A DNA stretch of 52,012 nt from Bacteroidaceae bacterium (GCA_017961145.1 JAGCXU010000054.1:1-52012); one strand, 5' to 3'. Positions 18,505 to 27,746 are shown, counted from the first letter of the stretch. The notes: generated from the sequence alone by a model not told the origin. A program made the numbers and translations.

Positions 18505-20989
18505 CGGAAGAAAGATCTTGCATGGAGCCCTCATCGTGGGGCTCTTTGCTTTTATAAATGTGCTGACCGCTTGTACAGACGGTCTGAAGCAAGAGGAACA
18601 GGATGCACTCGACTTCCTTTATGCGGGAATGCCGCTGTCCGACAGTGTGGATTATCCACGTGAATTCTGGGAAGCTAACGTGAGAGTTGCGCTGAAAGCA
18701 CGCCATGAAATGCCTTGGGGCGAAAAGGTTCCTGGCCGAGAATGGCGTCATTTTGTACTTCCTTTGCGTGTCAACAATGAGGACCTCGACTCGTTCCGCA
18801 TCGCCTATTACGATGAGTTGAAGGCGCGTGTCGAAGGTAAGACGATGTATTCAGCCGTGCTTGAGGTGAACCATTGGTGTCATGAACATGTCAGCTACCA
18901 ACCCAGCGACAGCCGTACTTCCTCGCCGATGAACACACTTCGCTCTGCCATAGGACGTTGTGGAGAAGAGAGTACTTTCACGGTTACTGCTCTTCGCACC
19001 ATCGGCATCCCTGCCAGACAAGTTTATACACCTCGCTGGGCACACACGGATGACAACCATGCTTGGGTGGAAGCATGGGTCGATGGAAGGTGGTACTTCT
19101 TAGGCGCTTGCGAACCAGAGCCGGTGCTGAACCTCGGTTGGTTCAACGAATCGGCCAGCAGAGGCATGCTCATGCACACGAAAGTCTTTGGTGATTATAC
19201 GGGACCAGAGGATGTGGTGAACAAGACGGCGTGTTACACGGAGATAAATGTCACGAAGAACTATGTCGATGTGGCTTCCATCATAGTTACTGTGCTTGGC
19301 CAGGACAGCCTTCCTGTCGAGGGTGCAACGGTCGATTACCGACTTTATAACTACGCAGAGTTCTACCCAATCGTGTCGAAACAGAGTGATGTGAAGGGGC
19401 AGTCTTCGTTGACTTGCGGCAAGGGCGACCTGATTGTCTGGGCAAGCAAGGACGGCAAGTTCGGTTTCAAGAAAGTGAGCGTTGGCAAGGAAGCCTTGGT
19501 GACTGTTGTCCTCGACAAGGATAGCACGTACACGGCATCGCTTGAACTCGACCTGAATCCACCTTATGGAAAAGACAACAAGCCTGAGGTAAGCCCTGAA
19601 GCCATTCGTGCCAATCGCAAACGTCTTGCTGAAGAAGACAGCATTCGCATCGCCTATATGAAACAAGCTTTCTGTCAAGATGGCGAACAGAACAGCCCTG
19701 AAGTTTTGGCACGAGCCAATTGGCAAACCATCGAAGCCTTCAAGAAGAGCGATGCTGCCAAGAAATGCAAGGGCGATGTCCTCAAGACACTTGCCCGCAA
19801 GGACTATCGTGATGTCACACTCGAAGTGCTTCTGGATGTGGCAAAGAACACGAACTACTCCGAAAGTCCGCTTTGGAATCGCTATGTGCTTTGCCCACGC
19901 GTCAGCAATGAACGTCTCACTCCTTGTCGTGGAGCGCTTTCCGAGAGGTTCCAGGGCATGACGGCAGAACAGCTTTTGCAGTGGGTGACGGACAGCATAA
20001 CGGTCGATGATACACGCAATCCGCAGCATCTTTGCATGAGTCCGCTTGGTGTGTTGCGTCATCAGACATGCGATGCTCACAGTCGCGACATTTTCTTTGT
20101 CTCAGCGGCTCGTAGCATAGGCATTCCCGCTCGCATCGACGAAGTGACGGGCAAAGTGCAATGGGCTGACATCACGACTGATGAGTGGCACGATGTAGCC
20201 TTTGGCTCCGCTCAAGAACAAACGGCTCCTCAAGGCTCTTTGCGCTTCACATATACGGACCAGAAGATAAAGGAGGACCCTTCCTATTATTCGCATTTTG
20301 CGCTTTCGCGTATCGAAAATGGTCGTCCGAAAGTGCAGGAGTTCCCAGAAAACGCGACTTGGAGAGGGACTTTTGCTGATGGCGTGAACGTCGATGCAGG
20401 GCAGTATATGCTTCTTAGCGGCACTCGTCTGGCGAATGGAGGTGTTTGGGCAAACCTCGAGATATTCGGCGTTGAGGCTCAGAAGCAGAAGAGTGTTCCT
20501 TTGCGACTGCGTGCTGATGAAGAGCACCTGCATGTCATCGGCAACTTTAACTGCGAGAACTACTTCACGAATGCAAGAGGTGTCCACAAGAAGATACTCG
20601 AAACGACTGGTCGAGGCTTTTATATGATTGCCCTTATCCGCAGTGGACACGAGCCAAGCACGCACCTTCTCCATGACATGGAGGCAGCCAACATCCATCT
20701 CTCGCAGTGGTCGCAGTGCTATCTCATGCTTTTCCCAAGCCAGGAAGATTATGCTAACTTCGACCGCAAAGAGTTCGATGGCCTGCCAAGCAACGTGCTC
20801 TTCGGAGTTGCAGACCCTGAAACAATCGAGGCGATGCACATCGAGGAACTCACTCACGGCAACCAGGAACTGCCTCTCCTCTTGCTTTGCGACACTTTCA
20901 ACCGCGTCGTCTGGTATCGTCAGGGCTACAACATCGGCCTTGCTGACCAGTTGATGGACGCGCTTCGAAAGATCATCCTGAAAGAGTAA
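18494..20989 (+). CDS. Large lipoprotein with two transglutaminase-like (papain-fold Cys-His) modules
   Basis: Lipobox LTAC at residues 24-27. Module 1 is GRCGEESTFTVTALRTIGIPARQVYTPRWAHTDDNHAWVEAW and module 2 is TCDAHSRDIFFVSAARSIGIPARIDE...EWHD. The start overlaps the GH125 stop by 11 nt. Confidence 0.8.
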   Translation: MQNNGRKILHGALIVGLFAFINVLTACTDGLKQEEQDALDFLYAGMPLSDSVDYPREFWEANVRVALKARHEMPWGEKVPGREWRHFVLPLRVNNEDLDSFRIAYYDELKARVEGKTMYSAVLEVNHWCHEHVSYQPSDSRTSSPMNTLRSAIGRCGEESTFTVTALRTIGIPARQVYTPRWAHTDDNHAWVEAWVDGRWYFLGACEPEPVLNLGWFNESASRGMLMHTKVFGDYTGPEDVVNKTACYTEINVTKNYVDVASIIVTVLGQDSLPVEGATVDYRLYNYAEFYPIVSKQSDVKGQSSLTCGKGDLIVWASKDGKFGFKKVSVGKEALVTVVLDKDSTYTASLELDLNPPYGKDNKPEVSPEAIRANRKRLAEEDSIRIAYMKQAFCQDGEQNSPEVLARANWQTIEAFKKSDAAKKCKGDVLKTLARKDYRDVTLEVLLDVAKNTNYSESPLWNRYVLCPRVSNERLTPCRGALSERFQGMTAEQLLQWVTDSITVDDTRNPQHLCMSPLGVLRHQTCDAHSRDIFFVSAARSIGIPARIDEVTGKVQWADITTDEWHDVAFGSAQEQTAPQGSLRFTYTDQKIKEDPSYYSHFALSRIENGRPKVQEFPENATWRGTFADGVNVDAGQYMLLSGTRLANGGVWANLEIFGVEAQKQKSVPLRLRADEEHLHVIGNFNCENYFTNARGVHKKILETTGRGFYMIALIRSGHEPSTHLLHDMEAANIHLSQWSQCYLMLFPSQEDYANFDRKEFDGLPSNVLFGVADPETIEAMHIEELTHGNQELPLLLLCDTFNRVVWYRQGYNIGLADQLMDALRKIILKE

Positions 20990-20997
20990 ATGTGTTT

Positions 20998-21075
20998 CAT
21001 AGCCAGTACTCCCATGGTGGTACTGGAGTACTCCCACGGTGGTACTGGAGTTTTCCCACGGGAGTACTGGCTATG
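20998..21075. terminator. Long imperfect palindrome / three 22-bp tandem units between convergent genes (probable bidirectional terminator)
   Basis: CATAGCCAGTACTCCCATGG (20998-21017) pairs with CCACGGGAGTACTGGCTATG (21056-21075) with 1 mismatch. The internal units are 21005-21026, 21027-21048 and 21049-21070. Confidence 0.6.
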
Positions 21076-21106
21076 TCCTTAGGTTTGTTGGAATCTTCTC
21101 CGTGGA

Positions 21107-22525
21107 TTATCGTCGAACGATACCTTCCTTCTTGCAGATGATGGCTGCATAGACGAGGATGAGCAAAGTGCTGATGGCGAGGTAGCAATACATCGGCCAA
21201 TCGGTCGGAACGAGCGACATCACCCAGTAGAAAAGGGCTGCGATGAAGATGTAGGCAGCTATCGAACGGATAGGATAGGGGATGGGATTGATTCGCTGCC
21301 CTACGAAATAGCTCAGAAGCATCGATGTTCCGTATCCCGCAACACCTCCCCAGGCACAAGCCATATAGCTGTAATGGGGAATGCCCCACAAGTTGATGGC
21401 AAGAAGCACGATGCATCCGGCCAGGGAGAACAGGGCGCCGTAGTAGGTTTTGTCAATCAACTTGTACCAGAAGGAAAGGTTGAAGTAGATGCCCATCATG
21501 ATTTCTGCAGCCATTACTATGGGAATGACGCGCAAGCCGTCCCAGTAATCGGAGCCAATCATATAGCGAAGAACGGGCAGCCAACCCATCACACAAAGGA
21601 ACGCAAGCAGGGTGAAGATGATGAAGTACTTCATTCCCAGGGCGTAATACTCGTCTTTGTCGGCATCTTTAGCCTTTGAGAAGACGATGGGCTCGTAAGC
21701 AAATCGGAAGGCTTGGGTAATCATGGCCATAATCATGGCAATCTTCACGCAACTGCCATACACGCCAAGTTCGACGTTGGCCTGTGCTTCGTCGGGATAA
21801 ACCTTTGGGAAAAGTATCTTATCAGCCACTTGATTCAGGATGCCCATCACGCTCAAAAGGAGTATCGGCCACGAGTAGGAAAGCATCCTTCGAAGCAGTC
21901 CTGCATCGAACTTCCAATGTATCTTGAACAGATCAGGAATGAAGAAAAGGGTGATGAAGCTCGTGCAAAGCAGGTTTATGAAGAAGACATAGAACACGCT
22001 TGTCTTGCCAAGAAGGACGAAATATATGAGGTTGAGCGCGATGTTGAGGAAGATGAAGAGCATCTTCAGCGACATGAAACGAATGGGGCGATGCTGGAAA
22101 CGAAGGAAACAGAAAGGCAAAGCCTGCAAAGCATCCAGGGCAACCACCGTCGCCATCATCATCAAGTATTCCGGGTGAGCTGCGTATCCGAGGTAGTTCG
22201 AAATGGGCGAGATGAAACCGAAGACCATCAAAAGGAAGAAGACGGACAGGCTCCCAACCATCGTAAAGCCGGTAGAGAAGACCGTATCGGGAGTCTCTCG
22301 TTCATCGTTGGCAAATCGGAACATCGTCGTTTCCATGCCAAATGTCAGTATGGCGAAGAAGAGAGCCGTGTATGCATACATGTTCGTGTTCACGCCATAG
22401 TCGCCTGAAGCCTTGGGCATGTAGTGTGTGTAGAGCGGCACGAGCAGGTAGTTGAGGAAACGACCCACGATGCTCGAGAGCCCGTAGATGGCTGTATCTT
22501 TCGCTAAAGCCTTGAAGTTTGCCAT
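21107..22525 (-). CDS. Polysaccharide/oligosaccharide flippase (MOP/Wzx-like) family membrane protein
   Basis: Polytopic, ~472 aa. The N-terminus MANFKALAKDTAIYGLSSIVGRFLNYLLVPLYT is typical of Wzx-like proteins. The track start at 22534 is a TTG, and the ATG at 22525 is preferred. Confidence 0.65.
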   Translation of the reverse strand: MANFKALAKDTAIYGLSSIVGRFLNYLLVPLYTHYMPKASGDYGVNTNMYAYTALFFAILTFGMETTMFRFANDERETPDTVFSTGFTMVGSLSVFFLLMVFGFISPISNYLGYAAHPEYLMMMATVVALDALQALPFCFLRFQHRPIRFMSLKMLFIFLNIALNLIYFVLLGKTSVFYVFFINLLCTSFITLFFIPDLFKIHWKFDAGLLRRMLSYSWPILLLSVMGILNQVADKILFPKVYPDEAQANVELGVYGSCVKIAMIMAMITQAFRFAYEPIVFSKAKDADKDEYYALGMKYFIIFTLLAFLCVMGWLPVLRYMIGSDYWDGLRVIPIVMAAEIMMGIYFNLSFWYKLIDKTYYGALFSLAGCIVLLAINLWGIPHYSYMACAWGGVAGYGTSMLLSYFVGQRINPIPYPIRSIAAYIFIAALFYWVMSLVPTDWPMYCYLAISTLLILVYAAIICKKEGIVRR

Positions 22526-22526
22526 G

Positions 22527-23279
22527 TTAATCAAGAATTAAGGAGACGGGACAATGGTCGCTTCCCATGATATCGTCACATATCTCAGCCGATTGTAAAC
22601 GCGACGCAAGCCGTTCAGACACAAGGAAATAGTCGATACGCCAGCCCACGTTCTTCTCTCTGGCATGGAATCGGTAGCTCCACCAACTGTAGCGATCGGT
22701 CGCGTCGGGATAGAAGTGGCGGAACGTATCGATGAATCCGCTGCCAAGCAACACAGTCATCTTCTCCCTCTCCTCATCCGTGAAACCTGCGTTCATGCGG
22801 TTCGTCTTCGGATTCTTCAGGTCAATCTCTTCGTGAGCCACATTCATGTCGCCACACACAACGACTGGCTTCTTCTTGTCCAACTCAAGAAGATACTGGC
22901 GGAAGGCATCCTCCCAAGTCATTCTGTAGTTGAGCCGACGCAATCCATCCTGGCTGTTTGGCGTATAGACGCACACCAGATAGTGGTCCGCCATCTCGAG
23001 CGTGATGACACGTCCCTCGTGGTCGTGCTCCTCGATGCCCAGTCCGTAAGTCACTTTGACAGGTGTGTGTTTGGTGAAGATAGCGGTTCCAGAGTAACCT
23101 TTCTTCTCTGCGTAGTTCCAATAGGACTGGTATCCTGGGAAATTCAGGTCGAGTTGTCCTGCTTGCAGCTTAGTCTCTTGAAGGCAGAAGAAGTCGGCAT
23201 CGAGCTGAGCAAACACTTCGCCGAAGTTTTTGCCTACAACTGCACGAAGTCCGTTGACGTTCCAACTGATGTATTTCAT
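22527..23279 (-). CDS. xth: Exodeoxyribonuclease III
   Basis: 250 aa, with [19 protein letters not shown] and SDHCPV motifs. Confidence 0.93.
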   Translation of the reverse strand: MKYISWNVNGLRAVVGKNFGEVFAQLDADFFCLQETKLQAGQLDLNFPGYQSYWNYAEKKGYSGTAIFTKHTPVKVTYGLGIEEHDHEGRVITLEMADHYLVCVYTPNSQDGLRRLNYRMTWEDAFRQYLLELDKKKPVVVCGDMNVAHEEIDLKNPKTNRMNAGFTDEEREKMTVLLGSGFIDTFRHFYPDATDRYSWWSYRFHAREKNVGWRIDYFLVSERLASRLQSAEICDDIMGSDHCPVSLILD

Positions 23280-23302
23280 AGTGAATAATGCGTTATTATG
23301 CG

Positions 23303-23310
23303 CAAAGTTA
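23303..23310 (-). promoter_or_regulatory. -7 box TAACTTTG for xth
   Basis: The reverse complement of CAAAGTTA lies 24 nt upstream of the xth ATG. Confidence 0.45.
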
Positions 23311-23354
23311 CAAAAAAACTACGAACTATGAGCTATGAACTATGAACTTTTTCG

Positions 23355-23362
23355 TATCTTTG
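23355..23362 (+). promoter_or_regulatory. -7 box TATCTTTG for the ResB-like/ccsA pair
   Basis: TAnnTTTG match 20 nt upstream of the ATG at 23382. Confidence 0.45.
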
Positions 23363-23381
23363 CACAAACAATTATGCGAGT

Positions 23382-24266
23382 ATGAGCAAAACTTGGGGAA
23401 TGACAATGGGCTGTCTTGTTTGCTGCGGATTGGTTGCCGTCGGCATGTTGTTACAACTGACGACAGGGCCAGTCAGGTGGGATGCAATGGCTTCTCCAGT
23501 CAATATCATTGTGCTGACAGTACTGCTGCTTGGCATCCTGACGATGCATCTGTGTAGAGGCAAAGTTCGTCTGTTCCGCTGGATGGCAACACTCCAGGCA
23601 GGCATTCCGGCAATGGTGGCATGCGCTATGCTGACCGTCCTGATGGGAGTTACAAGGCAAGTTCCATCAGGACACCAGCCTACGGAACCCTTTGGCATTT
23701 CCTCCATGCTCACTTTTTGGCCGTTCGTCCTCTCATATACATGGCTTGTGGTGCTCGTCGGAATGGTGTGCATGACGCGATTACTTCAGCCATCTTGGCG
23801 AAACATTCCTTTCCTGCTCAATCACTTGGGACTCTTCATCGCCCTTGTTGCCGGCACGCTTGGCAACGCGGACATGCAGGACTTGCGAATGGTGGTGCAG
23901 GAAGGAAAGACGGAATGGCGGGCTGTTGACTCAAAGCACAGAGTGCTTCAGATGCCCATAGGCATAGAACTTCATGATTTTTCCATGGAGCTTCATGAGT
24001 CTTCCCTCGCTCCGAAGAGCTTCTCGTCAGCCGTTTCCGTATATACTAAGCGTGGAGTTGTGGTCAGCGACACCATTCGCGTGAACAAACCTCTCACGGT
24101 TCGTGGGTGGAAGATATACCAGTACAGCTACGACGAGGCACGTGGCAACGAGAGCGATATCAGCGTCTTCGAACTTGTTCGCGACCCTTGGTTGCCCTTC
24201 GTATATATAGGTATTTTCATGATGTTGGCAGGTGCATTAAGTATTTTTGTTTGTAAGAAATGGTAA
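23382..24266 (+). CDS. Short ResB/CcsB-like membrane protein (tentative)
   Basis: 294 aa with several TM helices. It overlaps the downstream ccsA by 7 nt. The call rests mainly on this pairing, not on recognised motifs. Confidence 0.4.
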   Translation: MSKTWGMTMGCLVCCGLVAVGMLLQLTTGPVRWDAMASPVNIIVLTVLLLGILTMHLCRGKVRLFRWMATLQAGIPAMVACAMLTVLMGVTRQVPSGHQPTEPFGISSMLTFWPFVLSYTWLVVLVGMVCMTRLLQPSWRNIPFLLNHLGLFIALVAGTLGNADMQDLRMVVQEGKTEWRAVDSKHRVLQMPIGIELHDFSMELHESSLAPKSFSSAVSVYTKRGVVVSDTIRVNKPLTVRGWKIYQYSYDEARGNESDISVFELVRDPWLPFVYIGIFMMLAGALSIFVCKKW

Positions 24267-25036
24267 CTTGGAATGATCTTTGGCTTTTTGCTCTGCCCGC
24301 CTTGGTGTGTTGGACAGTTGCAGCATTGCTTTCGCTTCGTGGTGGAAAGAGAGGTTATGTTTATCTATTGACCATTTGCGGCTTGCTCATCTTCGGCTCG
24401 TATATTGGTTTGATGTGGATTTCGCTGGAGCGTCCGCCCATGCGAACAATGGGTGAAACGCGACTCTGGTACTCCTTCTTCCTCCCCCTCGTAGGTTTGA
24501 TTACCTATAGCCGCTGGCAATATCGGTGGATTCTTTCTTTCAGTACATTGCTCAGCGCAGTCTTTCTTTGCATTAACATCCTGAAACCCGAGATACATAG
24601 CAAGGAGATGATGCCAGCTTTGCAGAGTCCTTGGTTCGCTCCACACGTCATTATCTATATGTTTGCCTATGCCACGACGGGTGTCGCAACACTGATGGCC
24701 CTGTGGCAACTCTTTAGGAAACAAGATCAATTGGCTGCCATCGATAACCTGACCAGAGTGGGTCTGTCGTTCCTTACCATCGGTATGCTCTTCGGAGCAT
24801 TGTGGGCCAAGGAGGCATGGGGCACATATTGGTCGTGGGACCCAAAGGAGACGTGGGCTGCTGCAACGTGGTTCTGCTACCTCATCTACGTGCATTTGCG
24901 CAAGAGTCGTCCTGCAGCAATCACTCCAGCATTGTTGTGGCAGGTAATTTGTTTCCTGTGCCTACAGATGTGTTGGTGGGGAATAAACTATCTTCCTTCT
25001 GCTCAAGGCATAAGTGTTCACACATATGGGAGTTGA
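24260..25036 (+). CDS. ccsA: Cytochrome c assembly protein CcsA-like (heme handling, W-rich motif)
   Basis: Polytopic membrane protein with the WGTYWSWDPKETWA tryptophan-rich motif characteristic of CcsA/CcmC/CcmF. Confidence 0.8.
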   Translation: MVTWNDLWLFALPALVCWTVAALLSLRGGKRGYVYLLTICGLLIFGSYIGLMWISLERPPMRTMGETRLWYSFFLPLVGLITYSRWQYRWILSFSTLLSAVFLCINILKPEIHSKEMMPALQSPWFAPHVIIYMFAYATTGVATLMALWQLFRKQDQLAAIDNLTRVGLSFLTIGMLFGALWAKEAWGTYWSWDPKETWAAATWFCYLIYVHLRKSRPAAITPALLWQVICFLCLQMCWWGINYLPSAQGISVHTYGS

Positions 25037-25075
25037 TTTTAACCTGTGAAATTTGCAGATGTCGGCAAATCATAT

Positions 25076-25083
25076 TATCTTTG
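25076..25083 (+). promoter_or_regulatory. -7 box TATCTTTG with a -33 TTTG (25052-25055)
   Basis: TTTG-N20-TATCTTTG lies 32 nt upstream of the ATG at 25115. Confidence 0.55.
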
Positions 25084-25114
25084 TAGCACGTTTACACATT
25101 ATTTATAATATATT

Positions 25115-25426
25115 ATGGTAAAGCACATCATACTTTGGAAGTTGAAAGACGACCTTTCAGAAGAAGAGAAGCAGCGTGTCAAACAGGACATTAAGGCAGG
25201 TCTGGAGGGCTTGGCTGGCCGCATTCCCGGTCTGTTAAACATTGTTGTGAATGTTGACGGACGACTTGATTCTTCCAATGCAGACGTGATGCTCGACAGC
25301 ACTTTCACAGATGAGGCTGCGCTGAAAGCCTATGCTGTGCACCCAGAACATGTGGCTGTGGCAGACGGAAAGGTGCGTCCCTTTACCTGCCTTCGCACGT
25401 GTCTTGACTACATGACTAATGACTAA
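25115..25426 (+). CDS. Dabb (stress-responsive dimeric alpha-beta barrel) family protein
   Basis: 103 aa, with [12 protein letters not shown]... and a later HPEHV pattern typical of Dabb. Confidence 0.7.
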   Translation: MVKHIILWKLKDDLSEEEKQRVKQDIKAGLEGLAGRIPGLLNIVVNVDGRLDSSNADVMLDSTFTDEAALKAYAVHPEHVAVADGKVRPFTCLRTCLDYMTND

Positions 25427-25436
25427 ATCTACGAAT

Positions 25437-26345
25437 ATGAAAGGAATTGTTCTTGCCGGAGGCTCCGGCACTCGGTTATATCCCATTACGAAAGGCATCA
25501 GCAAACAGCTCATGCCTATCTACGACAAACCGATGATTTACTATCCCATCAGCGTGCTTATGCAGGCAGGGATACGCGAGATTCTCATTATCTCCACGCC
25601 TTTCGACCTGCCAGGCTTCAAACGTTTGCTTGGCGACGGCAGCGACTACGGCGTTCATTTCGTGTATGCCGAACAGCCTTCGCCTGATGGATTGGCACAA
25701 GCCTTTACCATCGGAGCAGACTTTATCGGAGATGATTGTGCATGCCTCGTGCTTGGAGATAACATTTTCCAAGGAAATGGTTTCAGCGAAATGCTGAAGG
25801 AAGCTGTTCGCACAGCAGAGGAAGAGAAGAAAGCGACAGTCTTCGGCTATTGGGTAAATGACCCTGAACGCTATGGTGTGGCAGAGTTCGACAAACAAGG
25901 GAACTGCCTTTCCATCGAAGAAAAGCCGGCAAATCCTAAAAGTAACTATGCCGTCGTAGGTCTTTACTTCTATCCTAACAAAGTTGTTGACGTGGCAAAA
26001 AACATCAAGCCAAGTGCCAGAGGAGAATATGAGATAACGACTGTCAACCAGCGTTTCCTTGAGGATGGCGAACTGAAGGTGCAGACCCTTGGCAGAGGCT
26101 TTGCCTGGCTCGACACAGGCACCTTTGATTCTCTTTCCGAAGCCTCTACCTATATTGAGGTTCTCGAGAAGCGTCAGGGCTTGAAGGTCGGTTGTCTCGA
26201 GGGAATAGCCTATCGTAAGGGATGGATTGACGAAGAGCGCATGCGACAATTAGCCCAGCCGATGCTTAAGAATCAATATGGTCAGTATCTGCTTAAGGTT
26301 ATTGAAGACGTAAAGCGCTTCGGCAAGGAAGGTGTCGATTTATAG
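25437..26345 (+). CDS. rfbA: Glucose-1-phosphate thymidylyltransferase
   Basis: [18 protein letters not shown]... is a strong RmlA signature. The ATG at 25437 is preferred over the track start at 25419. Confidence 0.93.
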   Translation: MKGIVLAGGSGTRLYPITKGISKQLMPIYDKPMIYYPISVLMQAGIREILIISTPFDLPGFKRLLGDGSDYGVHFVYAEQPSPDGLAQAFTIGADFIGDDCACLVLGDNIFQGNGFSEMLKEAVRTAEEEKKATVFGYWVNDPERYGVAEFDKQGNCLSIEEKPANPKSNYAVVGLYFYPNKVVDVAKNIKPSARGEYEITTVNQRFLEDGELKVQTLGRGFAWLDTGTFDSLSEASTYIEVLEKRQGLKVGCLEGIAYRKGWIDEERMRQLAQPMLKNQYGQYLLKVIEDVKRFGKEGVDL

Positions 26346-26360
26346 TCTTCAGTATTAAAC

Positions 26361-26414
26361 AAAACATAGGGTGTTGATTTCTATGCTATTGCATAAGCCA
26401 ACACCCTATGTTTT
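26361..26414. terminator. Bidirectional terminator (perfect 16-bp stem)
   Basis: AAAACATAGGGTGTTG (26361-26376) pairs with CAACACCCTATGTTTT (26399-26414). It has flanking A/T runs and lies between convergent genes. Confidence 0.85.
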
Positions 26415-26431
26415 TTAGCCTAACATTTATC

Positions 26432-27649
26432 CTATTGAGTTTGCCAAGTCAAGCCACTGACACTTACAGAAGCCTCTGCCGACTTAATACAAGTGCCACC
26501 TACTTTACCTCCTTTTGAGCCATAGTTTCTCTGCGAAACGAAAAGTCTGCCGGCAGTCACAGTCAGGTTCCCCTTTATTTTGAGTCCATAGCAAAACGAA
26601 TCATCCTCATTCTCGTCTTCATAAACGCCACCAGTGGCGTGAATTGTTATTGTGGTTATGTTGGAGTCCTGATTCACTAACATGTCTTGGTCGACGGAGA
26701 TGCCTTTACTTCCTGCACCTGAAGCATAAATATCGAGCGTGCCACCAGTGATGATTAGGTCGACAGGTGCTTTGATAGCCTTCGTGGTAACTGCTTTAGC
26801 GGTGATGTTAAGGGTGCCTCCATTGATGAACATCATGCCGTTGTCTTCCTTGTCAGGATCGGGCGTGACGTCATCGTCGAGCGTCTTTATCTCTACCTGT
26901 ACGCCTTCGCCACCCTGTCCGCTGATGTCCAAGGTGCCACCGTCCATAAGGAAATACTGACCGATGTGCATGCCATCGGATACTGCTTTGTTGACGGTTA
27001 TGCTGCCTGTGCTTTTCTTTATCTGCAGATATTCCTTCGTAGCGATAGCGTGTTTGGTGTTGCCTGAAACAGTAAGCGAACCACTGCCTGATACCTCGAG
27101 GTGTCCCTTGCAGTAGAGGGCTGCCTTTTGTTCGCCGCCAGGAGCGTCGACAAGGAAGTTTTCGGTGCCTGGGTTGAGAATGAGGTCGACGCGTTTACCG
27201 CATTGGATGTCGATGGCAGCGCCTTCGTCGCTTGTCAAGTTGAGTCCGTTCAGGTAGAACTTACACTTGAGAGCTCCTTCGTATACTAACGAGCCTTGAG
27301 TACTTTCGCCCTGCAAGACGAACTCCAATTCGCTTTTTGTGTTAGTGCTGATAATGTTGACGTGAGCCCCTTCGACGGTGTATGTGACGTTTGGCGTATG
27401 GCCAAGGTCGACGTAAGCCGTGTCTCCTGCAAAAGTGACAGAAACTGTGTGAACTACTGTTATGCTATCAATTTGGATGCATTCGTATGTTGAATCGGCA
27501 ACAGAGAAGGTTTCTCCATCTTCGGAGAACAGAATTTCTGAGGTGGTAAAGCGTTTGCTCTCGCCTTCTTTCCAGACGCGAATCTGTTCTTGGGCCTGCA
27601 TGACGGAGGCAAAGAGCATGAATGAAAATATAAGATAAAGTTTTTTCAT
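26432..27649 (-). CDS. Secreted Cthe_2159-like beta-helix (carbohydrate-binding domain-containing) protein
   Basis: Signal peptide from the ATG at 27649 (MKKLYLIFSFMLFASVMQA). The repetitive LNGLNLTSDEGAAIDIQ...SGSGSLTVSGNTKHAI...DGGTLDISG pattern is typical of this family. Confidence 0.7.
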   Translation of the reverse strand: MKKLYLIFSFMLFASVMQAQEQIRVWKEGESKRFTTSEILFSEDGETFSVADSTYECIQIDSITVVHTVSVTFAGDTAYVDLGHTPNVTYTVEGAHVNIISTNTKSELEFVLQGESTQGSLVYEGALKCKFYLNGLNLTSDEGAAIDIQCGKRVDLILNPGTENFLVDAPGGEQKAALYCKGHLEVSGSGSLTVSGNTKHAIATKEYLQIKKSTGSITVNKAVSDGMHIGQYFLMDGGTLDISGQGGEGVQVEIKTLDDDVTPDPDKEDNGMMFINGGTLNITAKAVTTKAIKAPVDLIITGGTLDIYASGAGSKGISVDQDMLVNQDSNITTITIHATGGVYEDENEDDSFCYGLKIKGNLTVTAGRLFVSQRNYGSKGGKVGGTCIKSAEASVSVSGLTWQTQ

Positions 27650-27664
27650 TATCTTGTTTAAGTT

Positions 27665-27746
27665 TAATAGTTTCAAACATCCCTAGTGATGTTGTCAAAC
27701 TTCACACGTGAAGTTTGCCAATTACCCTAGTGATGTTTTGCGATGA
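27665..27746 (+). repeat. 22-bp-unit family copy (three degenerate units)
   Basis: CCCTAGTGATGTT occurs at 27681 and again at 27725 (44 bp apart). The central unit is CACGTGAAGTTTGCCAATTA. Confidence 0.65.
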
